A stretch of 48,867 bases of DNA from Acidimicrobiia bacterium (GTDB lineage Bacteria; Actinomycetota; Acidimicrobiia; Spongiisociales; ZC4RG35). Below the pieces are notes generated by a model, which was not told the origin of the DNA, did not search any database, and was given only the letters and a program-made list of their open reading frames with translations. Both the position numbers and the translations under genes were made by a program. Below, piece by piece: positions 30,953 through 39,536 of the stretch; within the stretch, counting starts at the first letter, position 1, and every line of letters starts with the position of its first letter. The DNA is taken from positions 1 to 48,867 of the forward strand of contig VXSV01000047.1 in assembly GCA_009837815.1 (NCBI GenBank), read 5' to 3'.

Positions 30953-31933
30953 ATGGCGTCCGCGGACTCCTCCCAGTGGCCTCCCTCGCTCTCCGAGGCC
31001 ACCGCCGCGCGGGACGGTGACCAGGCGGCCCTTGCATCCATCCTCACCAAAGGGCTGCCCCGGTTGGTCGCCTTCTTCCGCGGCCAGGGTCTGGCTTTGG
31101 CCGACGCCGAGGATGTGGCGAGCGACGCGTGCGAGTCCCTGGTCCGTTCCATCGGCCGCCTGCGTTCCCCCCAGGCTTTCGAGGCCTGGTTTTGGAGAAT
31201 CGCCCGCTCCAAGTTCAACGACCACCTGCGAAGACGCCACCGGCCCCTCCCCGCTCCCGACCTGGAGACCAGCCGGGTGCTTCCCGAAGAGCACGCCGTG
31301 GACCAAGAGGACTTCCGGAGGGTGCGGCTCGCATTCGCGCGTCTCGGCCCACGGGACCGTGAACTGCTGTGGCTGCGCGAGGTGGAAGGTCTCTCCCATG
31401 CGGAGATCGGGGGCAGGGTATTCAAGCGTGAGGGGTCGGTGAGGGTGGCGATGCTCCGGGCTCGCCGCCGGTTCGAACAGTTCTTGACACAAGAGCAGGA
31501 GAGACCGCACCCCGCCGAGTCGTATCAGGCCCCGGTTGTGCTGTTCATGGCCGCCAACGACTCCGACTGCTCCCAGATGGCCGCCGCCCTGCTGCGCGAG
31601 ATGGCCGCCGGTCCGGTGAGAGTGTTCAATGGAGGGTCGTCCCCGGCTTCGCGGGTGGACCCGAGGGCGGTGGCTGTCCTGGCCGAGCGGGGAATAGACA
31701 TCGCCGAGGCCCATCCTGTCCGGTTGAGCGCCGCCTTGATCGAAGCGGCGGAGGTCGTGGTGGACCTGGGCGAGGAGAATCCGCCGGTCGTCACCGGCAA
31801 GCGTCTCTTCCGTTGGCGGGTGGGATCACCGGCGGGGAAGAGCCTCGAGGAAATGAGAAGAACGCGGGACGAAATCGAGCGACAAGTGTGGGAATTGATG
31901 ATCGCCCTGAACATCGAACCGCGAAAATTATGA
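30953..31933 (+). CDS. ECF sigma factor fused to a degenerate ArsC/LMW-PTP domain
   Basis: Sigma2 (DAEDV..AWFWRIAR..DHLRR) and sigma4 (LGPRDRELL..EGLSHAEI), then VLFM..SQMAAALL..AVAVLAERGIDI..PAGKSLEEMRRTRDEIERQV. Confidence 0.88.
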   Translation: MASADSSQWPPSLSEATAARDGDQAALASILTKGLPRLVAFFRGQGLALADAEDVASDACESLVRSIGRLRSPQAFEAWFWRIARSKFNDHLRRRHRPLPAPDLETSRVLPEEHAVDQEDFRRVRLAFARLGPRDRELLWLREVEGLSHAEIGGRVFKREGSVRVAMLRARRRFEQFLTQEQERPHPAESYQAPVVLFMAANDSDCSQMAAALLREMAAGPVRVFNGGSSPASRVDPRAVAVLAERGIDIAEAHPVRLSAALIEAAEVVVDLGEENPPVVTGKRLFRWRVGSPAGKSLEEMRRTRDEIERQVWELMIALNIEPRKL

Positions 31934-31942
31934 AATAGGGGG

Positions 31943-31971
31943 TTGCCGTTTTATGGTTTTAGGGGCATAGT
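31943..31971 (+). promoter_or_regulatory. Putative housekeeping sigma promoter for the downstream sigma gene
   Basis: TTGCCG-N17-CATAGT in an AT-rich intergenic stretch. Confidence 0.55.
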
Positions 31972-32034
31972 CATAGGAAGGATCACTGTTTCTCCTATGA
32001 GACACGAAACAGACAAGCGATAAGAAACTCGGCT

Positions 32035-33033
32035 GTGGTATCACGATCAACCCTAAAGAAGACCGCCGCGGACGGTAGATCCGACCGGCGGGTGCGCATG
32101 ACCGACCAGATAACCGACGAGCGCGGTCGGCTCACCTCCGACCTGGTTGCACAGTACCTGTCGGCCATCAGTGAGACCGACCTGTTGGACGCCCAGCAGG
32201 AGGTGGAGTTGGCACAGCTCATGGAGGCAGGTCGTCAGGCAGAGGACAAGCTGGAAGAGGGGGAGTACGAGACCTCCGCCGCAAAGAGGCGCCTGGAGAG
32301 GCAGAAGCGGCGAGGGGCGGCGGCGAAGAACCAGTTCGTGCAGGCCAACCTGCGGCTGGTGGTGCACAACGCCCGCCGCTACCAGGGGGTGAGGGGAATT
32401 GACTTCTTGGACCTGGTGCAGGAAGGAAACCTGGGTCTGATCCGGGCGGTGGAGAAATTCGACTGGCGCAAGGGATTCAAGTTCTCAACCTACGCCACCT
32501 GGTGGATAAAGCAGGCCATTACCCGCGCCATAGCCGACAAGTCCCGCACAGTCAGGATCCCCGCCCATCTTCACGACACCCTGGCCAAGGTGCGGCTGGC
32601 GCAGGGAATCCTGAAGGGAAAGCTCGGGCGTCTGCCCAATCCCGATGAGATATCCCGGGAGACCGGAATACGCAAAGACCATGTGGAGCAGGCTCTGGTG
32701 CTGTCTGACACCGTTTCCCTCGAGGAGCCGGTGGGAGAGGACGGAGCGCAGCGGGGCGACTTTATCGAGGACGGCGACGCCGATGATCCCGAGGCGATCG
32801 CCGAGGCCACCAGCGTGGCGATCGCCATGCGCAACTCCATCAAGAAGCTCCCCGAGCGGGAGCGAAAGATCATGGAACTGCGGTACGGATTGGAGGACGG
32901 CATCCCCAAGGGACTGGATGAGATCGGCAGCCACTTCCAGTTGACCCGGGAACGGATCCGCCAGTTGGAGAAGTTGGCGCTGTGCCGACTGCGCCATCCC
33001 TCCTACGGGATACGCCAACAGGACCTCATCTAG
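32035..33033 (+). CDS. RpoD/SigA-family sigma-70 factor lacking region 1.1 (group 2-like)
   Basis: [40 protein letters not shown] and TRERIRQLE motifs. Start may be ATG 32098. Confidence 0.93.
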   Translation: MVSRSTLKKTAADGRSDRRVRMTDQITDERGRLTSDLVAQYLSAISETDLLDAQQEVELAQLMEAGRQAEDKLEEGEYETSAAKRRLERQKRRGAAAKNQFVQANLRLVVHNARRYQGVRGIDFLDLVQEGNLGLIRAVEKFDWRKGFKFSTYATWWIKQAITRAIADKSRTVRIPAHLHDTLAKVRLAQGILKGKLGRLPNPDEISRETGIRKDHVEQALVLSDTVSLEEPVGEDGAQRGDFIEDGDADDPEAIAEATSVAIAMRNSIKKLPERERKIMELRYGLEDGIPKGLDEIGSHFQLTRERIRQLEKLALCRLRHPSYGIRQQDLI

Positions 33034-33141
33034 GGAATCCCCGGGAGGATGGGACTGGCAAGCCTCCGCTTTTAGTCCCGATATCTGCTACTCGTCCTGA
33101 CCACACTGGAGTTGCCTGGTATTGTTGGCGGCGAGTCGCTC

Positions 33142-33345
33142 ATGGCATCCACAGAAACCACCCCGTCTCCTTCAGAGATCCTGACCATGGATAAGGTGTT
33201 GGAGCGGGCGTGGAGAGGCAAAGAAAGGCTAATGAAGGCCGGGTTGCCTACGACCCGCGATAACGCCCGCAGGCTGGCGTGGAAGCGAGCGAGGGGAATT
33301 GACACGACTGTGGAAGAGCGACGTCGTGCCCTTGACACCCGCTGA
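33142..33345 (+). CDS. Small basic hypothetical protein (67 aa)
   Basis: MASTETTPSP..ERRRALDTR; overlaps the start of the next gene; TATTGT upstream. Confidence 0.55.
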   Translation: MASTETTPSPSEILTMDKVLERAWRGKERLMKAGLPTTRDNARRLAWKRARGIDTTVEERRRALDTR

Positions 33346-33938
33346 ACTCCGAGCAAGAGCGCGCAGTGCGGAACCAGGCTCTCCAGAATGGATCCTCTAT
33401 TCAGCGGCCGCTTTTGATGCAGTGGTGGAACATCCTTTGATCCTTGTCGGTGGTGGCGCACAAGTGGTCCATACCCGACAGCACCGACCCACGGATATAG
33501 ATTTGGTTGGAAGAATCACGCAACGGGACTTTGATGCTCTCGCGGCCGCCGGATATGAGAAGCAGGGGCGACACTGGATATACGATTGGAAAAGGGGTGG
33601 AAGGGGTGGACGTGGAGGTGCCTGCTACTGTGCTTATGGGCGAAGACCCTCCTGAGGTCGTTGATGTGGGCGGCAACCATTTGCGAGTCATATCGTTGCA
33701 TGATCTAATGATGGACCGTCTCGTTCACGCGACGGACCGCACCGAAGTTACCTGGGACGAAGTGATAGAACTGGCCGAAGCAACGGGCGACCGGGTCAAC
33801 TGGGACGCGGTGCGAGCCCGATGCATGGTGAAACGGAATGACGACATCGGTCTGCATATCCTTCCGCAGATATTGGATGAGGTGCTAGCCGAACTAACAG
33901 CCATCAGCCAGCGGAAAAGGGACAACCCGGGCTTTTAG
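33326..33938 (+). pseudogene. Frameshifted nucleotidyltransferase-fold protein (DUF6036/AbiEii-like)
   Basis: Frame 1 holds LILVGGGA..PTDIDLV..GRHW and frame 2 holds VEVP..LRVISLHDLMMDRL. Removing one base at AAAAGGGG (33590-33597) joins them into about 203 aa. Confidence 0.75.
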
Positions 33939-33958
33939 CTGGACGTAGGTTTCTAAGG

Positions 33959-35329
33959 TTGAATACACCGGCTTTGTTAGGAGTAGGTACCAGACTCCGG
34001 TCCATCACCGGAATTGTCCTGATGGCGGGGGTCATGCTCTTGATGGCTGCTCCGGCGGTCGGCCAGTCCTCGGAGACGGTCGGTACCAGGTTGCGCTACC
34101 AGGACGAGCACGGGCAGCGGACGCCGGTGGAGGGAGTGGTCATCTCGGTCGCCGCCGTCGACGGGTCCGAGGTCGGCGCCGGCCACACCGACTCCGACGG
34201 GGTCTTCGAAGCGCCGGTGCCCGGACCCGGTGTGTACCTGGTGTCGATCGACGTCGACACGCTCCCGGCGGGGATCCGGCTGCGGGAGCCGGACCGCACC
34301 ACGGTCGAGGTCGAGGTGCTGGAGTCCCGGGACGGAAGGGCGATCTTCTCCCTGATCAGCGGGAATGCGGAGCCGATGGAGGAGAGCGGCGGGGTCTCGG
34401 TGCGAAGGGTGGCGCAACTCACCACCGAAGGGGTGAAGCTGGGTTTGTTCCTGGGGATGGCCGCCATCGGCCTCTCCCTGGTATTCGGCACCACCGGTCT
34501 GGTCAACTTCGCCCACGGCGAGATGGTCACATGGGGAATGCTCTCCGCATACTTTTTCAACTACTTCGGCCTGGCGGGGATCTTCGGGTTCATGGCCGGA
34601 TGGTGGCCGCCGCTCGGCGAGGGGGTCAACCTCATCTTCGCGGCGATCCTGGCGGTGATAGTCGGCGGGACCACCGGTTTTGTCATGGACCGATGGGTGT
34701 TCGGTCCCCTCCGCATCCGGGGCGTCAGCCTGATCGCCCAGATGGTGGTGACCATCGGGCTCTCCATCCTGGCTCGATACATCTTTCTCTTCATCTTCGG
34801 GGGGAACCTCAGGTTCTTCAGGGACTACTCGGCCCAGAGCGCTCTGCAGATCTGGATCATCGAGATAACCCCCAAGGACCTGATCACCGTGGTCCTGTCG
34901 GTGCTGATCCTGATCGGGGTGGGGTTCTTCCTTCAGCTGACCCAAACCGGAAAGGCCATGCGGGCCGTGGCGGACAACCGGGACCTGGCGGAGTCATCGG
35001 GGATCAACGTCCAGCGGGTCATCAGAATCGTGTGGGTGGGAGCGGGATCGCTGGCCGGGCTGGGAGGAGTGTTCATCGGGCTGGCCGAGCAGTTGAGCTG
35101 GCTGATCGGCTTCCGTATGCTGCTCCTGATCTTCGCCGGGGTGGTCCTGGGGGGACTGGGCACCGCCTACGGCGCCCTGCTGGGATGCCTGCTGGTGGGC
35201 ATCGGCATCCAGCTCTCCACCCTGTTCATCCCGGTTGAACTGAAGAACATCGGCGCCCTGGTGGTGCTGGCCCTGGTGTTGGTGGTGCGCCCCCAGGGCC
35301 TTCTCGGCAGGAGGGAGCGGTTCGGATAG
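33959..35329 (+). CDS. Branched-chain amino acid ABC transporter permease (LivH-type) with an N-terminal extracytoplasmic extension
   Basis: AIGLSLVFGTTGLVNFAHGE and GKAMRAVADN motifs. Confidence 0.92.
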   Translation: MNTPALLGVGTRLRSITGIVLMAGVMLLMAAPAVGQSSETVGTRLRYQDEHGQRTPVEGVVISVAAVDGSEVGAGHTDSDGVFEAPVPGPGVYLVSIDVDTLPAGIRLREPDRTTVEVEVLESRDGRAIFSLISGNAEPMEESGGVSVRRVAQLTTEGVKLGLFLGMAAIGLSLVFGTTGLVNFAHGEMVTWGMLSAYFFNYFGLAGIFGFMAGWWPPLGEGVNLIFAAILAVIVGGTTGFVMDRWVFGPLRIRGVSLIAQMVVTIGLSILARYIFLFIFGGNLRFFRDYSAQSALQIWIIEITPKDLITVVLSVLILIGVGFFLQLTQTGKAMRAVADNRDLAESSGINVQRVIRIVWVGAGSLAGLGGVFIGLAEQLSWLIGFRMLLLIFAGVVLGGLGTAYGALLGCLLVGIGIQLSTLFIPVELKNIGALVVLALVLVVRPQGLLGRRERFG

Positions 35330-35331
35330 CC

Positions 35332-36342
35332 ATGGCGCTGGCGGCGATCGACTGGGGATTCATCCTGATCCAGACGGTGGAGACATCGCTCGGTCTGGAG
35401 GCGGCGGTGTACGCACTGGCGGCGGTGGGGCTCAATGTCCATTTCGGCTACGCGGGGTTGCTCAACTTCGGACAGGTGGGATTCGTGGCGATGGGGGCCT
35501 ACGGCATGGGACTGTCGGTGACCCTCTGGAATCTGAACCCCTTCCTGGCCCTGGTGGTGGGAATGGGATTCGCCGCCGCATTCGCGCTCATTCTCGGGGT
35601 CCCGACCCTGCGCCTCCGGGGCGACTACCTTGCGATAGTCACCATCGCCGCGGCGGAGATCGTCCGTCTCCTGGCCCGTTCCACCACCCTGGGGGAGATC
35701 ACCCGCGGGGCGGAGGGTCTTCACGGCTTTATAGGGCCCTTCCGGGAGCTGAATCCATTCGATCCGGGCGCCGAGTACGGGATCGGTCCCGTGCAGTTCG
35801 GCGGCAACCAGTTCTTTGCCATCGTTGTGGGTTGGGCACTCACCGCAGTGGCGCTGGTGGTCATCCGGCAGTTGATGCGCAGCCCTTGGGGACGGGTGGT
35901 CAAGGCCATCCGAGAGGACGAGGACGCCGCCCGGGCGCTGGGCAAGAACGCATACTGGTACAAGCTGCAGGCCCTCATCCTGGGCGGGGTGATCGGGGGA
36001 CTGGCGGGCATGGTGCAAGCGCTGGGGAAGGCCACCATCCAGCCCGACTCCTTCGTGCCGGCCTACACCTTCTTTTTCTGGACGGTGCTGATCCTGGGCG
36101 GGGTGGGACGGATCTGGTCTCCGGTGGTGGGCGCCATGATCTTCTGGGCGATGCTCACTTTCTTCCAGGGAACCCTGACCGCCATGGTGAACGAGGGGCT
36201 GATCCCCACCGCCCTGATGGACACCAGCCAGGTGAGCCAGATCAGGTTCATGCTGGTGGGGGTGGGGTTGGCGTTGTTGATGGTCTTCCGACCGCAGGGC
36301 ATCTTCGGATCTCGAGAGGAGATGATGCTGGATGTCAGGTAG
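35332..36342 (+). CDS. Branched-chain amino acid ABC transporter permease (LivM-type)
   Basis: GYAGLLNFG, LRLRGDYLAIVT, AIREDEDAA and RPQGIFG motifs. Confidence 0.93.
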   Translation: MALAAIDWGFILIQTVETSLGLEAAVYALAAVGLNVHFGYAGLLNFGQVGFVAMGAYGMGLSVTLWNLNPFLALVVGMGFAAAFALILGVPTLRLRGDYLAIVTIAAAEIVRLLARSTTLGEITRGAEGLHGFIGPFRELNPFDPGAEYGIGPVQFGGNQFFAIVVGWALTAVALVVIRQLMRSPWGRVVKAIREDEDAARALGKNAYWYKLQALILGGVIGGLAGMVQALGKATIQPDSFVPAYTFFFWTVLILGGVGRIWSPVVGAMIFWAMLTFFQGTLTAMVNEGLIPTALMDTSQVSQIRFMLVGVGLALLMVFRPQGIFGSREEMMLDVR

Positions 36343-37249
36343 CAACGTGGCCTCGCGTCTGTGGGACAGGATCCGGCGGCGCGACGACTTCGAACCCGAC
36401 TTGGGGTGGGTGCTGGACGATTCCCGCAGAAAGTGGATGGCGGAGCACACCTCGGGGGTGACCAAGCCCGATCCCGCCCTGGTGATCAAGAACCTGCGCC
36501 GAACCTTCGGCGGTCTCACCGCGGTGGATGTGGATCATCTGGAGATCCAGCGGGGGGTCATTACCGCGCTGATAGGTCCCAACGGGGCGGGCAAGACGAC
36601 TCTCTTCAACCTGCTCACCGGCTTCGACCGCCCCGATTCGGGGTCGGTGCTCTTCGACGGCCGGGACATCGAACGGATGCGCTCGCATGTGCGGGCCCGG
36701 AAGGGATTGGTGCGCACCTTCCAACTCACCAAGGCGCTCACCAAGCTCTCGGTGCTGGAGAACATGAAGCTGGGCGCCAGGGGCCAGGTCGGGGAGGGAT
36801 TCGCCCGGTCGCTGGTCCCCCCGTTATGGCGGGCCCAGGAGCGGGCCATCGAAGAGCGGGCCATGGAACTCCTGGAGAGGTTTTCCCTGGCTCACATGGC
36901 GTCGGAGTATGCGGGGACCCTTTCGGGCGGCCAGCGCAAACTCCTGGAGATGGCCCGGGCCCTGATGTCCCGGCCGGCGGTGGTGATGCTGGACGAGCCG
37001 GTAGCCGGGGTCAACCCGGCCCTCACCCAGTCCCTGCTGGAACATGTCAGGGAATTGCCCATCGAGGGCATGACCGTGATCTTCGTGGAGCATGACATGG
37101 ACGTGGTCTGGGACATCTCCGACTGGGTGGTGGTGATGGCGGAGGGAAAGGTGATCGCCGAGGGCCTGGCCGAGGACATCGGAAAGAACCAGGCCGTGAT
37201 CGACGCCTATCTCGGTTCCGGCGATGACAACAACGGGGAAGCGCCATGA
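36332..37249 (+). CDS. ABC transporter ATP-binding protein (LivG-type)
   Basis: GPNGAGKTT, VRTFQ, LSGGQRK, LDEP and EHDM motifs. Confidence 0.94.
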   Translation: MSGSNVASRLWDRIRRRDDFEPDLGWVLDDSRRKWMAEHTSGVTKPDPALVIKNLRRTFGGLTAVDVDHLEIQRGVITALIGPNGAGKTTLFNLLTGFDRPDSGSVLFDGRDIERMRSHVRARKGLVRTFQLTKALTKLSVLENMKLGARGQVGEGFARSLVPPLWRAQERAIEERAMELLERFSLAHMASEYAGTLSGGQRKLLEMARALMSRPAVVMLDEPVAGVNPALTQSLLEHVRELPIEGMTVIFVEHDMDVVWDISDWVVVMAEGKVIAEGLAEDIGKNQAVIDAYLGSGDDNNGEAP

Positions 37250-37992
37250 TCGAGCAGAAGGGTTCCCGGCCGGCCCTGGTCGAATTGCGCAAGGTGGTGG
37301 CCGGATACCTGCCGGGTGTGGACATCCTCAGGGAGGTCGACATGGTGCTCCACCCGGGAGAGATGATCGGGATCATCGGTCCCAACGGAGCGGGCAAGTC
37401 AACTCTGCTGAAGGCCCTTTTCGGATTGCTGGAGGTGCGCTCGGGAGATGTGATCTACAAGGGGGAGTCCATCACCGGGGTCGGCGCCCATGAGTTGGTG
37501 GCCAGGGGCGTCGGCTACGTTCCTCAGCTCAACAACGTCTTCTCTGCGCTGACGGTGATGGAGAACCTGGAGATGGGGGTGTACCTGGAGCCGAAGAAAG
37601 CCCCCCAACGCATGGAGAGAGTGGTCGAGTTGTTCCCGAGACTGGGGGAGCGTCTCGGCCAGCGAGCCGGGCTCCTGTCCGGCGGAGAGCGCCAGATGCT
37701 GGCCATGGGTAGGGCCCTGATGATGAACCCTGAGGTACTGTTGCTGGACGAGCCCTCGGCGGGGCTCTCCCCGGTGCTGCAGGACCAGGTCTTCGCCCGG
37801 GTCAGGGATATCAACCGATCCGGGGTGGCGGTGATCATGGTCGAGCAGAACGCTCGGCGCTGTCTTCAAATCTGTCACCGCGGGTACGTCCTGGATCATG
37901 GTCGTAATGCCTACACCGGAACCGGACAGAGCCTCCTCAACGACCCGAAGGTGATCGAGCTCTACCTGGGCACTCTGGCCCGGGGAGATTGA
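37246..37992 (+). CDS. ABC transporter ATP-binding protein (LivF-type)
   Basis: GPNGAGKST, LSGGERQM, LDEPSAGL and VEQNA motifs. Confidence 0.94.
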   Translation: MIEQKGSRPALVELRKVVAGYLPGVDILREVDMVLHPGEMIGIIGPNGAGKSTLLKALFGLLEVRSGDVIYKGESITGVGAHELVARGVGYVPQLNNVFSALTVMENLEMGVYLEPKKAPQRMERVVELFPRLGERLGQRAGLLSGGERQMLAMGRALMMNPEVLLLDEPSAGLSPVLQDQVFARVRDINRSGVAVIMVEQNARRCLQICHRGYVLDHGRNAYTGTGQSLLNDPKVIELYLGTLARGD

Positions 37993-37997
37993 TAGGA

Positions 37998-38028
37998 GAG
38001 TGGGGGCGGGCGGCGCCGGCCCCCACTC
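37998..38028. terminator. GC-rich hairpin between convergent genes (possible bidirectional terminator)
   Basis: Perfect 10-bp inverted repeat GAGTGGGGGC / GCCCCCACTC; no long U tract. Confidence 0.6.
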
Positions 38029-38051
38029 GGTAGTCGTTTGCCTACTTTCCT

Positions 38052-39347
38052 TTATCCGCCCGCGAAGACGTATTCGTCGAGAGCGGAGTCGGGCCGGTCA
38101 CCGCCGCTGTAGGTGGCGATGCGGAAGCTGGCTGCCGCCGGTTCGCCTGCATCGACGAACTCGTAGGGTCCGCCCACGCCGTCGTAGTCGGGATCACCAC
38201 CACCCTCGATGATGTCCTTGCACTCGGTGAAGCTGGTGCACTTGGTCCCGCCGCGGGTCACGTCATTGATCTGCGCCCCGATGTCCACCGGGTTGTCGGA
38301 GCCGGCCACCAGCGCAGCCAGCGCCAGGATCACGATCGCGTCATAGGTCTCCGCGCCGTAGGCGAACACACCGTCGAGGCCGCCCTCGTAGGCGCCGTCC
38401 AACCGGTCGGTGAAGTCTGTGATAGCGGTCAGGTTCACGGAAGGCTCGGTACCGCGCATGCCGCTGATAATCGAAGGATCGGAGAGCTCCGAGCCGATAC
38501 CACCGATGTTCCCGTCGACACCGTAAACGTTGGTGGCGGAAGTGGCGCCGACACCCCGCTCGTGCATGGTCACCAGGATGGTGGCTGACTCCTGGAAGCC
38601 GATCACCACGATCGCGTCGGGGTTAGCTCCCGCCAACTGGTCCACCTCCGCGTCGAAGTTGTCGGTGCCGGGCGCGTAGGCGATGAACGGATCGACCGCT
38701 CCGCCCAAGCTCTCGAAGTTATCTCTGAAAGAGTCGGCCAGGCCCTGTCCGTAGGACTCCTGGCGGAAGATCACACCGGCGATCTCGTTTCCTTCCGATG
38801 CCACCAGGTCCGCCAGGACCTTGCCCTGCAGCAGGTCGGAGGGAGCGGTCCGGAAATACAGGCCGTTGTCGTCATAGGTCGTGAAGTCCGGAGAGGTGTT
38901 GGCCGGGGAGAAGTGGATCACGTTGTTGCCGGTGATCTTGTCGATCACCAGCTTGGAGACAGCCGAACTGGCCGCTCCGATGATCGCGTCCACCTCCAGG
39001 GCCAGGAGCCGGTCGACCTCGGGGTTGGCGATGTCCTGGTTGGTGTCGCCCGAGTCTCCCTCGTGCAGCACCACGTCGGCGCCCAGCACGCCCCCGGCCG
39101 CGTTGATGTCGGCCACGGCCAGCCGGGCCCCGGCCACCTCCGGCGGGCCCAGGAAGGCCAGGTCGCCGGTCACCGGCGCCAGGGTGCCGATCACCAGCCG
39201 GCCTTCCACGCCGTCGCTCGGCGTTTCGTCGACGGCAGCCTGGGTTGTTGTGACCGCACCCTCCTCGCCGTCTCCACAAGCGGTTGCCACCAAGGTAATC
39301 GCCGAGATGATGGCCGCCAGCTCAAGATGCCGCCTGGTTCTGCGCAT
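38052..39347 (-). CDS. ABC transporter substrate-binding lipoprotein (Liv family)
   Basis: Lipobox LVATAC; INAAGGVLG, GAASS and YFRTAPSD motifs; GAAAGGA upstream. Alternative start TTG 39353. Confidence 0.92.
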   Translation of the reverse strand: MRRTRRHLELAAIISAITLVATACGDGEEGAVTTTQAAVDETPSDGVEGRLVIGTLAPVTGDLAFLGPPEVAGARLAVADINAAGGVLGADVVLHEGDSGDTNQDIANPEVDRLLALEVDAIIGAASSAVSKLVIDKITGNNVIHFSPANTSPDFTTYDDNGLYFRTAPSDLLQGKVLADLVASEGNEIAGVIFRQESYGQGLADSFRDNFESLGGAVDPFIAYAPGTDNFDAEVDQLAGANPDAIVVIGFQESATILVTMHERGVGATSATNVYGVDGNIGGIGSELSDPSIISGMRGTEPSVNLTAITDFTDRLDGAYEGGLDGVFAYGAETYDAIVILALAALVAGSDNPVDIGAQINDVTRGGTKCTSFTECKDIIEGGGDPDYDGVGGPYEFVDAGEPAAASFRIATYSGGDRPDSALDEYVFAGG

Positions 39348-39536
39348 GTTCAATGTCCCGTCCTTTCGTTGTAGTGAGGTGGCCGGGCCCTTGCAGGTGC
39401 CTGCCTGAGGTGAGAACCCTCCTTGTTCACTTCGGGTTCAATGCGAGTCTGGGCGAACACCGCCCGACCCATGTCTTAATCTAGGTTTGGGTCGCGCCCG
39501 TTCTCGGGAGACGTTGGGGTCTGTTTCTCCAAATCG

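Noticed and set aside
31530-31933. Functional arsenate reductase or ars operon
   Set aside because: All catalytic residues are substituted, and there is no arsR, acr3 or arsB nearby.
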